Assembly (NCBI GenBank): GCA_023645945.1
Contig: JALAIB010000015.1
Span: 1 to 49,733, forward strand
Direction: 5' to 3'
Source of the DNA: Diploschistes diacapsis
Lineage: Eukaryota
Length of the DNA: 49,733 nucleotides
The notes under the pieces are model-generated. The model searched no databases. It was not told where the DNA came from and was given only the letters and a program-made list of their open reading frames with translations. Positions 1-13,070 of this stretch are shown here, one piece after another; position 1 is the stretch's first letter, and the number at the start of each line of letters is the position of its first letter. Made by a program: the position numbers and the translations under genes.

Positions 1-19
1 GTGTGTGTGTGTGTGTGTG
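1..19. repeat. (GT)n microsatellite inside the third intron of the edge gene
   Basis: Pure gtgtgt run at the start of the window. Confidence 0.9.
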
Positions 20-468
20 CATGTGGTAGGTGAGGGCGGGGTGAAGGTGAGCGGGTGTGGGGGGGAGGTACGATGGTGCTTAGCGGATGGTAGATTTCCG
101 AGCGGAGGAGGAAGGAGAAGTCTCGCGGCTGCGGCGTCGACGAACGGGAGCGGTAGCGGACGGGGAGATTCTCGCTGGGGGACGGGGTCCGAGCTGAGAG
201 GGGGCTTTGATAGGCTGCGTTAGTATCATGGTCGGGTCGCATAAGACTCAAGGAGGGTGACGGCGGCAGGAGGTCCGTCTTACTCGTCTGGTTCTGCTCG
301 CAATGGGCCTCCCGTGTTCGTTCTCGTCAGGGTCGCTGCAGGCGAGGTGTCAGTATATCCCGATTCAGCAATCTGTGGGTGTTCCTGGAAGCACAAACCT
401 GTGTTCCTGGACGCCTGCCTTCCATGCCGTCGTAGGGAGCCTTGGTTTGCTTTTGATTCGGGTTCCAT
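1..468 (-). CDS. 5' part of a spliced fungal protein, truncated by the window edge; weak resemblance to TRAPPC12-like proteins
   Basis: ATG at 468. Exons 468-399, 335-284 and 204-72 are joined by GT..AG introns 398-336 and 283-205 (branch points actgac, actaac), and a third donor lies at 71. The spliced frame stays open: MEPESKANQG...PQPRDFSFLLRSEIYHPLSTI. The family guess is from memory of the DFSFLL..IYHPL motif only. Confidence 0.6.
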
Positions 469-1112
469 GCCTTCTGTCCTGCCAACCGTTCGCCTTTCCC
501 CAACAATGCGGCTCGTACAAAAGTATATTGGTCCTTGTTCCGTTACAAGTAAGAAAGGGATGTGTGTCGCCTGAAATCCCAGTGGGCGCGCTTATGATGG
601 CAATGCTATATTAAGGAGGTCGCGAATACTTGATATTTTGATTGGCTTATATTATCCATAAAACGGGGAAGAAGTTTTTGGGGGGTAACGAGGCTCTAGG
701 TTTCACTTATAGGCATGCAACGGTTCCTTACTGTAGCACAGCCGGTGCTGCGAAACAATGCAGCACGCAATTGAGTGAGCACGCACCCAACCATCGAGTT
801 TCACAGCAGACGTGAGCGAGCTGAGATGCACCAAAAGTCTGTTATAGAGCAAATTTCATGGCCACAAGAGAATGCATTACCACGCGCGCGGATCCGATAG
901 ATTGATTACTACTTGGAGAGCACAGGGATTAAAGCTTGCCTAGCTAATGTGCATTCCATATGGAAAAAAAGAACTCGGCTGCCTTGCTTCCCCGCTCCAG
1001 TGCCGCCCGCATGCCTACTCGAATAAGACATCCCTCCCCCATCCATGCCTGAGCTGAAGAGTCGTTCAAATCATCATAATCATCGTAACGCTGCTGCCTG
1101 TCCATACCACAA

Positions 1113-2263
1113 TCAAGTCTTACTCTTCTGTCTCTTCGACCCTTCATCCTTGACAGGAGACTCGGCGTCCCGCTTCCTGGTCCTTGATGCTGCTCCAGGC
1201 TTCGAGCGCTGCCACGCATCAAAGGCGCTCTTCTTTGCCCTCTTCACCGAGAACGGTGACTTTGCTTCAGCCTCGGCTGGGGAGCTTGGGAGCGAAAGTT
1301 GCTTTGTCCTGGTGGTTCTGGCGGTGGTAGGGGGTGTAACGTAGACTCTCTTCTTTGCTGGCGTTTCCGCCCCTTTGCTCCCTTGAGGGTACTCAATGTC
1401 CGTGACCGCTTCTTCGTCCGTAGTGTCACCCGTCTTGCCTTGCTTCGGGAAGAGTAAGCGAGGCTTGATGGATGAACGAGTGAAATGTCGAGGCGTGTTA
1501 GTATCTTCAACGGCTGGCAATCCACTCATTGCTCCGTCCACCGGTGGATTGTCGTAGTCCCCGTCATCAAACTTGCGATATATCTTCTTGCCGCGGCTGC
1601 AGTGGGTCAGTAAGGCTCCCTATCAGACCGATTAAGAACTTACAAGACGTAGATCATGCCTTCGTCGCGTTCCAGGACCCTTTCAATCTCCTTTTTGTGT
1701 ACGGAATCTTTGCCCTTGTCTTTGCCTTTGGATCGGGTATAGAAAGGATTGTCGACGCGTTGGTCGACTTCGGGGATCTTGTCCTTGGAATCTTCGAATA
1801 TCTCAATTTTGCCATCCGGGCTTGCGCCTGGACTGTCGAGAGAGAATGCAATCTTCTTTCCCCTTTTCTTTGGTGTGGGATCTTCCACGGTGTCGAGACG
1901 ATGGGGAAACAGTACTCTTGCCGCTGGCTTGACTTTGGCTTCGTTCTTGCGCGGGGTTTTGACCGGCGTGGGGAGCATGTTTGGTTTCACTTTGGAAGCC
2001 ATGTCGCTTGATGCGCCTTCTCTGGTTCTCTTCCTTGGCCTTGAATCAGGTGACAGAGGTGATGAGGGAGGAGAGAGATTGTAGCCGCCCGAGCGGAGTT
2101 TCGAATTACTCAGAGGCGTTGCTGAGGGAGACGGGGTGCGAAGTGTTCGTAGTCTGGAGGATCTCCGGCGTGGCTCGTAAGGCTCGTGCGTGTCAAACTT
2201 GGCTCCGTGATGTGGTGTCGGAGGTTCAGCAATGGGTCTCAGCGGAGGTGTTGTGATTGCCAT
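1113..2263 (-). CDS. Hypothetical low-complexity protein rich in Pro/Ser/Lys with many SP/TP sites (~367 aa)
   Basis: ORFs 1640-2263 and 1113-1541 join in frame through intron 1643-1597 (gtaagt...actgac...cag), giving ...EGMIYVFRGKKIYRKFDD... Confidence 0.8.
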
Positions 2264-2683
2264 TCTTCAACAGCCCTAAGCACACACGCACGAGAGCTCG
2301 GTTAGAGTGAATTTTTGGCGGAAGCGCTGTAGGTCCTACTGGACTTCCACGCTTGTCACAGTCGCTTGGCTTGTTCCTTAAGGCGACAGCGCGGAGAGGG
2401 TTAGTAGCAATCGTGTGAAAGCAAAATGCGAAGAGGGAGCGAAGGAAGCGTTGCGATGCAATTGAAAAGTTCACGATAAGCTCTGCTATGAGGTTTTACG
2501 ATGTTTCTAACGTCTGAAGAGTGCGGAGGCTGGTATTCTCCGTCCCCAGCCACCCTTGCGTCATCCCTAGCCGAGCTCAACTTATGACCGTGACCGCCGG
2601 CTTAAATTGAATCTCTTTGGATTAGCTATTTGTTATGATCTCTATCTCCATAAAGTAGACACGAGGTGTTCCAGTGTGTGTGT

Positions 2684-4327
2684 TCATGCCACAATTCCCT
2701 CTGCCCTTAACTTCGAGACCTCCTCGTCCTGCATCCCTAGAAGTTCTTGGAGCACCTCGTTGGTATGCTGGCCCAGCAGCGGCGGCGGTGTCCGTATGCT
2801 CGGCTCCGAGTCTGAATACTTGACCGGCGTGTTGACCAGCTTCATCTCGCCGCACGCTGGATGGTTGATGGTCTTGACCATGTTGCGCGCTTGTACTAGA
2901 ACCTCGTCAGCATATTCCGTCTCCGTACGGGGATATAGATAGAGCTACCATGTTCGTGCTTCAGTGTCGCCTGAATATCGTTCACCGCAGCATACGGTAG
3001 GCCGCTACCCTCAAAGGTCTCTAGCCATTCTGCGGTCGTCCGCGAGCGGGTGACATCCGAAATAAGGGGCTCCAAGGTCTCTCTGTGCTTGACCCTCTGC
3101 GCGTTCGTCGTGAATCGATCGTCCGTCACCCACTCCGGCCTACCGATCTTGGTGCACATGACGCCGAACAGACGATCGTTGCCACCGCCGATAAGGATGT
3201 CCCCGTCCGAGGTTGGGAATGCGCGGTAAGGCACGATGGATGCTTGTAGATGGTCAGCGCGAGCTCATCAAAAGCTGCTTTCTTCGCTATGCGAGCGACC
3301 GAAGAGACCACCCACGATGCGCAGTCCCCCACCGGCCTGTATCCGGCTCCCTGCTGATCAGCGCCGAGCTCGCCAGATTGCTCAACGTAGCGACCTGACA
3401 ATCGCTAAGCGCAACATCCAAGTGCTGTCCCCTGCCCGTCTTCTGCCTCGCCAAAAGCGCAGCCAGGACAGAGTTGCTCGTATACAGCCCCGTGGTGAGG
3501 TCCGTAACCGCCACGCCCACCTTCACCGGCGGCCTGTCCCGCTCGCCGGTGACGTGCATGAGCCCAAACTCCGCTTCAACCATGACGTCGTAGCCGGCGC
3601 GCTGCTTGTAGGGTCCCGTCTGGCCATAGCCTGTGATGGAGGCATAGATGAGCTTGGGGTTGATCTCGCTCAGGGAGGCGTAGTCGAGGGTATACTTGGC
3701 CAGGGTGCCGGGGATGAAGTTCTCCACGAAGACGTCGCAGGTACGGGCAAGGTCGTGCAGGATGGAAACGCCGGTGGAGGATTGGAAGTTGAGGGCCAAG
3801 GATTTCTTGTTGCGGTTTACCTTCGAACAGTCAACAAAGGAAACGGGGGGGGCAGAGGATGGGGAGGGGCCAGGGGTACCGAGAGAAAGTAGGCGGCTTC
3901 TCCGGGTCCTTTCCGCTCGCCGGCGGCAGAGTACCCGGCGAAGGGCGGGCCCCAAGCTCGAGTGTCGTCGCCCCTGGTAGGATGCTCGACCTTAATGATC
4001 TCGGCCCTAAGCTATGAGAATTGGCTTCCACAGATGTGCCGGTGGCGGCGGTGGCATACCCCAGATCCCCTAGAATTTGGGTACAGTAAGGCTGTTCTGG
4101 CAATTAGCGTCTACTACGGCAATAGCCGTGCTCGAACGTACACCAGCAAGCACCCTCGTTAGATCCAGCACTCGGACTCCCGCAAGGGGCAGCTTCGAGG
4201 TATCTGCCGCATCTTGAGCGAAAGTGGTCCGCCAACGCTTGGACCGGAATCCAGAGGCAAGCAGTTGCGCTCTCGAATGGAATCTGACGGTTGCATCCAA
4301 CAAATGAATGGATGGGCGCATATGCAT
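2684..4327 (-). CDS. Family III CoA-transferase (CaiB/BaiF; SUGCT-like) with a probable mitochondrial presequence
   Basis: Six exons reconstruct [77 protein letters not shown] and PPPLLGQHT, which are family III signature segments. Confidence 0.93.
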
Positions 4328-4921
4328 AGTGCTATGGATATTGTCCTGGGAATTCTGTGATCGATCAGAGCGTCAAGGCTTAGTTAGACGCCGCTTTCCA
4401 TGCTGCAAGTTTACGTCAACCTCGGCAAGCCTCAAAAGCGCCAGTTCCCAAGCCATTCATCAATTTAGAAGCAGCCGGTTCGTCACAGGTGCATATTCAT
4501 TTCGTGAACCGAAAGCGTCAAGTCAGAATGGGACAAAGCGCCTCGTGTCGATTTAGGTTGTAGGTATATAATCTTTTGCCCCTGATTATATTTATATATT
4601 TAGAACTATTGGTAAATCCCTTCCCTAGCAGTGCCGACCGATCCGTCTTCCTCTGTAGCTACACAATTTGAACGCTATGCAATCGAATCACAAACTTGCA
4701 GACATGCATCCTGTATGAAGTCATCACCAGTAGATGTACATTGCCTTTTCCCCAGCCCAGACCCACCAATGCGCCGTGCTAGCCCAATGAGTATCACCCC
4801 GTAAATAGATGTTCGATGGATGTACGACGTACGCCATGAACTTGTCCATCCTTGATCAAGGCCCAAAAGGAAAAAAAGAAAAAAGAAAAAGAAAACATAT
4901 TAAAGGAACCGAAATTGATGT

Positions 4922-5724
4922 TCAGCGAGCAGCTAGAGTCCGTGGGCGGGCTTTGAGGCTCCAGCTTGGGTGTCCGTCCTTTGAATGGCCGAGGGTGATT
5001 TTCGGTCTGGGTCGGACGCTGAGATTCTGGACGGGTGGAAGCTTGCTCATTCTTCGTTCGAAGCCCGAGGCGACCCGGGTCGGTCGAATAGGCATGCTGG
5101 GTTTCATTGCCGGAGCATCGGACTCGACTGTCCAGTTAGTTGGTTAGCGAAAGGTCCATAGCGCTAACGGATGAGAGTACTCACCCGTAGTACAGGACGA
5201 AGTTGAGCTGAGTGAAGATATGGATCGTGCATCGTGCCCGTCTTCCGCGTCACTGTCGTCATTCTTCGATACCGCTTACGAGAGTTAGCCTGGCCTTGAA
5301 GCAAAGAATGTGCCTCACGTCGTGGTCTTCGAGCCTGGAACAGTGGCTTTGACTGTGGAAGATGGGCGTCGTCCAACTTGAAGCTGACTTGCTTGCGCAT
5401 CCTCGAGGTCGACGACGACCTCAAGCTTGGTCTTGGCGTATCACAGGCCGCCGTAGTTATGAGGATGGTTTGTGACTGTCGGGCGAATCGATCGTTGGCC
5501 GCGTACATGGTCAGACAGATGCTACCCTCTGACTTGGACGCCCTCTTGAGACATGATTTCTGTATCACAGGTGGAGGGCTACCTGTCGCAACTGTCGACG
5601 TGCTCGACTCAAACCTGGGCAACGGACGTCCTGTGTCCAGCTGGAGAGTAGAAGGGTCTTCTTGTGTAGCAGTTGCAGCTTCTACTGCCTTCCTAGCATC
5701 CTTGCGCTTGGAGAAGATCCCCAT
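4922..5724 (-). CDS. Hypothetical disordered protein carrying KSCLK and KQVSF motifs
   Basis: ATG at 5724 (MGIFSKRK). Introns 5318-5275 (gtgagg...gctaac...aag) and 5184-5128 (gtgagt...ctaac...cag) join ORF 5164-5940 in frame to ORF 4922-5107. Confidence 0.65.
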
Positions 5725-6271
5725 GGGAGGGTGCGAGGATGTGCTCTGTCGAAACGAGACAACTGGAAGAATTCCCGATCCTTGCGAGAGAGTTTGGCCT
5801 CGAGAGGAACAGATGTCCGAGCTGTGGCGAGAAGATAATTTGCCTACGTGTATATCAGACGCGGCCTCTTTTGGCGGCTGAGTTCCGGTTGCAACTCCAG
5901 GCCAACCGGGCAATCCTTTCGTCTCGAATAGGTGGGCCAAGGCTCGAATGTAATATATACAAGAGATTTACGAAAGCAGAAGAAAAGACATGAAATGGTG
6001 AATGGTAGAAGAGCAGCGAAAGACGACGGAGCGGGACAAGTTCAGCTTGTCTGGTAGGTAACGAGGTAGTTAGTATACCTGCGCAATAGTATGGCTGGGA
6101 AAGAAGGACGAGAGAATAATGGTGGTGTGAGCAACAGCCTCTGGCCAGGCAAGGCTTTCATGTCAAGTATTCGTTCGTAAATCACCTGGAGCCTTTTGAT
6201 TGAGCGTGCAGGCAGAGATGATGACTCGACCGTGGTAGCAACAAATAATCCAGCGATGACCGGGACATATG

Positions 6272-6300
6272 GCATTATGCATTATGCATGATGCATTATG
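6272..6300. repeat. Short 7-bp tandem repeat (GCATTAT) x ~4
   Basis: gcattatgcattatgcatgatgcattatg. Confidence 0.75.
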
Positions 6301-7673
6301 GATGTACTTCCACTTCGGTACGGATAACTGGTGGCTAGGAGGATGATAATGCCACTCGAAAAGAGGCTTACTTCTTCCTCCTGTATCTGCTGTACCTCCA
6401 CGCTATGGGGAGGATCTGACCCACGACTCCTGTTGGTTCAAGTCCCCTTCCTCGTGTCTCGCTTCCGGCTGTCTGATTAGCGAGAACTCTGCTCTGCACG
6501 TACTCTTGTTTACATAATGCATTGTTGCCCGCACAAAGGAAAAAGCAAACAGGAAAGAGAACAGTAACAGTAACAGTAGCAGCAGCAGTAACGATATGCA
6601 CCTGGGGGATTGGACGAGAACGGCAGCCTGCACCTTGTACTGAGCCGTGTGATCTTCCTTTCCCCAATAATCCCAAAAACGAAAAACGAAAAACAGATAA
6701 AGAGGAGAGCGTATTCTACCTACGCGGCTCCATGAGGCTTTTTTTTGGAGGCGTCAAAGCAGTGCTTGAATCCTCCCCTGCTCGAGCAACACCCACCTAG
6801 AACACTAGAACATGAAGTTGCATCTGCCTAACCCCAAAGCATGCACGAACAAAAACAACTAGACTAGATAACTCGAAGCCCAAATGCACAGCTATAGCTT
6901 CTTCCCATGATCTTTGCACCTGCAAAACACACACACGTGGGCCCTTCTAGAACTCATCGGAAAGGGAAAGGGATATTTCCCCTTTAGGCCCGTCTTTTTT
7001 TATAATAACAATAATATTATTATCATTATTAATAGTAGGCAGGATTACCCAAAAAAAACCATCTAGTCTATCTAACCCAATACCTTATCGGACGTTTCGC
7101 TCCCCGAATCAAGGAACTGCGGGCTTGCAGCTGCAGCCTCAGCCTCAGCCTCACACCCAAAACAAGGCCTGCATTTTCCCTGTTTTTTTTTCTCGAGCAC
7201 CCAATCAATGCACCAGAGCTTGTTCATTCGCTCAAAAGGGCTGTGCGTGCATAATTGAGAGCAGCAGCAGCAGCTTGGCCAACAGCTTGCATTGTTGCTG
7301 CGAACCCCCGTTCCGAATTCCGATCCAGCTAGTCTACTTGACCATAGATGGGTGTAGAGAGATCGAGCCATTTGCTTTGGCATCTTGTTGTTGTTATTGT
7401 TGCTGTTATCTTCCAGTGCCAAGCAAGATTACTGGGGGAGGCGCTGACACCTGCACTGCAACATTGGCCGCTGTGACATTATGGGTGGTCTCGTACTTTT
7501 TACACGAGCTCGGCCTCGGGCGCCAGAGATGACAAACTGCCCGGGACTTACTTGGCTTTTGGTACCGGGTCCGGCAAGAACTTAATCTAGACAAACCAAA
7601 AATATGAAGGTGAACTGCTTACACCCTAATCAAGCTTGAGGGGGAAACACTATAATTCCTCTCACTCGCCTTG

Positions 7674-8937
7674 CTAAACAACAACGCCCGGCCTCTCCGC
7701 CCTCCTCTTCGCCGTTCCCACCCCGCTGACCCCCTTCTCCTGGTTCTTCCCCAGCCAGGGCTTGAAGGCGTCCCCGAACACCTTCCTCCCCAAAAAGTAG
7801 GCCACCTGGCCGAGAATGATGCACACAAAGGCGATCGGGTACATGAAGTGGATCGACAGCTGGAAGACCTCGACGCCGACCACGACCCCCCAGAAGTTCG
7901 TCGTGAGCAGGCTGATGTTGAAGAAGGCCGCGCTGCCCATGCGGAAGATGAGCGGGCCCGTGCTGTAGAACAGGCTCAGGGCCAGCGTGTAGCCGGTCAG
8001 GTATCCGCCGACCGCGGCGTTCCACACCGCGGTCCGGAAGGAGCCCCTGTCGAAGATGGCGGCCTGCACGCCGTTGATGACCGTCCCCCACTGCCCGAGC
8101 TGGCCGACGACCTCGTACAGCGGCCGCTCGGAGAGCATGAACTCCTCGAAGACGTTGGCCAGCCCGTAGAAGGTTGCGCCGAGCAGCGCGAACAGGTCGC
8201 CCTTGAGCTGGTCGCCCGCGTCGACCGTGTACTGGTTCGCGCCCGTGATGTGGTCGCTCGCCAGCAGGATGCCCAGCCCGCCGATGCAGATCAGGATGCC
8301 GAGCATCTGGGTCCAGTGGTAGCGGACCTTGAGGAAGAGGAAGGAGATGACCACGACGATGACGATGGCCCAGAAGTTGATGAGCGTGGCGGAGAGGATG
8401 GTGGTGTAGCGGTAGGCCAGCACGGTGAAGTAGTTGCCTTCGACGTCGCAGAAGGAGAGGAGGATGTACTTCCAGCCCCACTTGAGCTGGAAGCTGGCGT
8501 AACCCTTGGCGCCGTAGCGGTACAGCGTGTAGGAGAGGTAGATGAGGGAGAGGAGGATGTAGTTGAAGAGGGACTGGAAGGCGGGGATCGAGGTGCCTTC
8601 GTTGGCGAGGAAGGTGGTGAAGGTGTTCGTCGCCGTGAGGCAGAGGGCCAGGACTTGACTGGATGAGCTCGATTTAGCATAATGTCTTTGAAAACCCGTC
8701 TTCTACGGAAGGAGAAGCGGCCTACCCGGCAACGAGCAGAATCCAGAAGTCCCTCGTCTTGATATAGGCCAGGAACCCGGTCTTCTCCTCCCTCATCTCC
8801 TCAACCGTCCTCTCTCCATCATTCTCATTCCCACTCTCATTCCCATTCCCATTCCCGTTTCCGTCCATCTCCTCCACCCCATCCACCCTCCCAACAGCTC
8901 CGGTCTTCTCTCGGTAGTGCCCGTCCCGAGATGCCAT
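7674..8937 (-). CDS. SLC35F / DUF914-type solute carrier (DMT superfamily membrane protein)
   Basis: ATG at 8937 and intron 8725-8659. The spliced protein reads GQVLALCLTATNTFT...SIPAFQSLFNY...DVEGNYFTVLAYRYTTILSATLINFWAI...GDLFALLGATFYGLANVFEE...SAAFFNISLLTTNFWG, with many hydrophobic helices. Confidence 0.9.
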
Positions 8938-9717
8938 GGCCCTCGTGATCTCCTCGCTATCCTGTGGCGCAGTCTCAGATGCCGAACCGCTCGAACAAGA
9001 CCAGGAAGTCTTTGTATCAAGACACGAGCGCAAAGACTCCCAGAAGTCGCTCGCTCGCCGTGGACGCAATAGAGATAGAATGTGCAAGGGAAGAAATAAA
9101 AAAACCCTACTACCAGGGGGTTCAGTCGAAAAGCTCAGGCCCGATCGATCCCACTGGGCCCAGGCTCACAAGTGGGATTGAAGCGGGGCACATCATCTTG
9201 CATTATTGGGGCTCCAGTTTGCACCGAAAAACTTCGCCTGGATAATAATCCCTCCTTATTCGCTGCGCTGCGCGCGTGGGGGCAACGGGGCCTGGCTCCG
9301 CAAAGCACTACGACAAGGTCGGGAACGAGAGAGCGTACCTGGGAAGGAGTAGATGTTGTTGGATTCTAACACGAGCAAAAAGGGGGAGCTTTTAATCATG
9401 GTTTCAAGCGGAAACAGACGGGATCGTTCGCAAGAACTTCGAGATCCTCGAGAACAACGAATCCCAGTATGAATCTCTATGCGGATGTCCTAACCCCATT
9501 CGAAAGCCTCGATTGCATTACGCGTCACTATCCTGACTTTGCTGGTCATGCTCTTTCTGCCTTTGTAAAGGTGGTGAATAGAAAAAATGTTTCTTGAGCA
9601 TGCCAACAATGTATCCCCCAAACGCCACGCAAAATGCAACAATGACGAACCTCTTCTGCATTGCCATGATCCTCATAATTAAACCTCCCAGGGTATCTGA
9701 ATGCACAACCGAAACCT

Positions 9718-11659
9718 CTACCCTACCTGAATCAAATCGTCCTGCCGCAGCTCATCGCTCCCTGAAGTGCCTGGTCGGCTCTCGGTCGCAGCTGGCTCGT
9801 CAAAGAAGACTAGAGTAGGGTTAGCTACTTGAACTTTGATAGTGGATGTCTTGGACGTACTATGTGGTCTGACGAACCAGCTCATGAGCTCCGCCAGTGT
9901 GAAAGCGGACGCCAGACACGCAAACACCGTCTGGGGGAAGTCCTTGACTGTCAGGGCATACAATCCGCTGAAGATGGCCGGCGCAAGGATTCGAGCAACA
10001 GCATGCAGCAGAGCAACGGCACCCAGCAACTGGCCGGTCCGATCAGGCGGGATATGTCTCGTCAAGGCGGACTGTAGCGTAGGCGAGACCATGCCGCCAC
10101 TGGCTGCCAGGCAACCCGAGAGAACGAAGAAGCCGGGGCTCGACATGGCACCGGAGACGGCATAGCCCACGTAACCCAGAACGTCGAACAGGATGGCCAA
10201 TCGGATAATGCCGAGATCGAAGTTGTCTGCGCCGGTGTGGCGATGCCCTTTCGAAGGATCTTGCTTTTTATGGAAAATTCGGTTGAGTAGAGGAAGGACG
10301 GCAACCAGTACCGAGACGCGGCATATGTTGGCTATGGAAATGAAGTACTGGGTCTCTTTGTTGCCCCACTTGAACTCAAGCTTGGAGTAGAGGATGGTGA
10401 CGGTTATGGAGCCCATTCCAACACCAAAGCAAGTTGTATCTATGGCCGCAAGAAGGCCAAGATTGCGTCTTAGAGCCGAGGAAGAGCCAATGCCCTCGGG
10501 TCTCAATATTTGCAACGTCTTGACGAAATGACTGTTCTTGATATTGTAGAAAATAGACCTCATAGAACCACGATCGGTACTGTGCACAGCTGCATCTTTA
10601 GCCAAAAGTTCGGCGAGCCTCCACTTCTCCCGGGCTTCGAGCTGTCGCCGCTGGGAAAGCGACTCAGGCACAATGAAGGCCATGAAGGAGATGAAGAAGA
10701 CGTGCGCTCCTATCGCGACGTAGAAGGCGTCGAGAATGTCGCCTGTGCTTTGCACCACACCAGCTGATATTAGCGGACCGAGCGCAATACCGGTAAATAG
10801 GCAGGCGTGAAATAGTGCAAAAGCCTTTGCGCGCTTCGCTGGTGGCGTGCAATCTGAAGCGTATGCATTCGACACCGCCATTCCGGTGGTAAAACTCCCG
10901 GCAACGCCTTCTAGAAGATAGCCAAGGAGGATCCAGTATACCGAAAGCACATCCGAGTTCTTCGCCACGACAATGGTGATGATCTCCCCCAACATGATCC
11001 CTAATGACGAAACCGCAATAACATGCAGCCGCCCATGACGATCCGAGTACGCTCCTAGCAAAGGGGCGATGATGGCCGAGAACAGACCCGACAGAAGCAT
11101 GCCGACAAGAAGGAATTCCGAGGTAAGAGCAGAGACCTCCGGGGTGTCACACTGGGGATTGTCTTTGCCCAGCACAACGGGCATAAAGGTGAAGGTGGGA
11201 TCCCTCATAGCTTCATCGGCAAAGTGTTGCTCGCAAACAAGGTCCGTTATGAGGTTCAATTTCGTCACGATTATGGCTCCCCAGGCAAGCGACATGACGA
11301 GAAATGGTGGGAGGATCCAGTAGGCCTAGTTCTGGTCAATACAATGCAATTTGCTCAAAGACCGTTGTACTTGGACTGACAGAGGGTGTTTTCCACCATG
11401 GCAGGTTGCTAAAGTCTTTGTTCGACCAGTCCGAGTTCTGCGGCGGGAACTCATCTCCCCCATCCTCACCGCCCGCCTCGGTATGTCTCGAATCGTCTCT
11501 CGAGAGCAGAGGCGTGTCCTCGTATGCGAGAGGCGGATGCTTCGATATGCCGGCGTAGGCTGCTACGGAGACATCCGCTTTACTTTTGTCATCTTTTTTG
11601 CCCAACTCATTTTGCTTGTTGACTCTGGCCCCTGCCTCTATCGCTTCTTCGCTCTCCAT
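9718..11659 (-). CDS. Major facilitator superfamily transporter (SLC46/tetracycline-efflux-like)
   Basis: Motif A-like GAYSDRHGR, NAYASDCT and about 12 hydrophobic segments. Intron 11380-11326 links the N-terminal ORF. A probable 51-nt intron lies at 9860-9810. Confidence 0.9.
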
Positions 11660-12469
11660 TGCGAGTCGTGGCTCTGGCAGGTAACGGTTCCAGCCGTTGC
11701 GGTGATGACATCCAATATGCAGAACGGTTGCGCATCAGCCAGAATGGGTACGTGACGGTAGGATCGCGTTCAGATCGGCTGAGGCTTTCGAAAGAAGGTA
11801 GAGCAGGCAAACAATAAGATGCATTGCTGAAGGAAAAAAGAAAAGAAGGAGAGGAGCAAGACTGGCAATGGGAAAAGATATCGAGACGTCAGTACAAACT
11901 TACAAGGACGGACCAGGACGGGATATTCGTGCTTACCAAAGTCCGTTACAGCGAACCAAAACCACATGGGGGGCCGGATCTTTCCCCGTTTCGGCCAGTG
12001 CGATCTTATCGATCGTCTATCTATCGCATCGCAGTCTAAACCCCCGAAGCCTTTGAAGAACCAATACAGAGATGTACACAATCACTAATTCTACTTATAT
12101 AATCCCGACCTTGTTCCTCAGGTATAGAGAAGCGACGGCAACGTCATACAGTGCATCTCATGCCGGTCATTATTCGTGCTCGGGGACGCGAGTAAGGTAT
12201 CTAGGACAACCTCTCGTTTCACAAGATCGAGATCTTTGTTTCGTGGCTTACAAATAGGTAGACTAGACACACCTAGGTAATCCCTCCCATCGCTCGACCC
12301 CGACCGCTCGAAAGTCCGTCTTAACTCCGATAAGTATGCCAAACTTGACCTACTACTTAGACGTTCGGATATCAGCATATTGGAAGCAGCAAATTGTGTT
12401 TTGCCTCGTAAAACCTTTCTTATCAAGGCTGGGGGATAGCTTGTGGTTGTTTATTGCGTATAATCTATA

Positions 12470-12470
12470 G

Positions 12471-12506
<36 letters not shown>

Positions 12507-12508
12507 CC
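12470..12508. repeat. (GCCT)n tetranucleotide microsatellite, ~9 units
   Basis: Perfect gcctgcct... run. Confidence 0.95.
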
Positions 12509-13070
12509 CTAATAAGTAGTATCGATCATAGGTAACTCTCAAGGCCAGTCACATCTATAATCGTGCGAGGCCCCTTTATCGCCAGGAGAGAGGGGAAGCA
12601 GGTCCTTTATATCCGCGGTTCCATGCATACTTGTTTCTCCAAAAGAATTCAGATGTACGAGTACAAGCAACAACGATCACGAACGCTCTTATACCATCAC
12701 ATCTCGTCCCTTTAGCAACAGGATCCCAAGTTCCCGTCTTGTAGTCCCACCACCACCCGAAGAGTATACTCGTATCCTACCGTCGCCGCAAACCCGGCTG
12801 GACGCACTGATATCCTCGAGAAAACTCCGTGCCATGATTCCCCATGCCTCGTGTGTCTCACAATGCCTCGCTATCCAGCCTTTCGAATATTCAACCGTAT
12901 GCTTCACACATGCCCTTGAACGCAAATCTTTTCGTGCTCCGCCTAAGACGCCCCAACTTTGAGCCAATGTAGCCTTCGGGCAGCCTTGGCTCTGTGCCCT
13001 CGTGCCGCAGCAAAGCCATTTTGCAACACGGCTACTCAGGACGAGGAACGCAGTTCCAGCGAGGCTTTAC

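Noticed and set aside
7630..8680. Long alternative ORFs (331 aa on +, 283 aa and 129 aa on -) over the SLC35F gene
   Set aside because: These are shadow frames caused by very high GC3 in the real gene and have no recognisable motifs.
9518..9706. Small ORF with one hydrophobic stretch just after the MFS stop codon
   Set aside because: It lies in the likely 3' UTR with no room for a promoter, and I recognise no homology.
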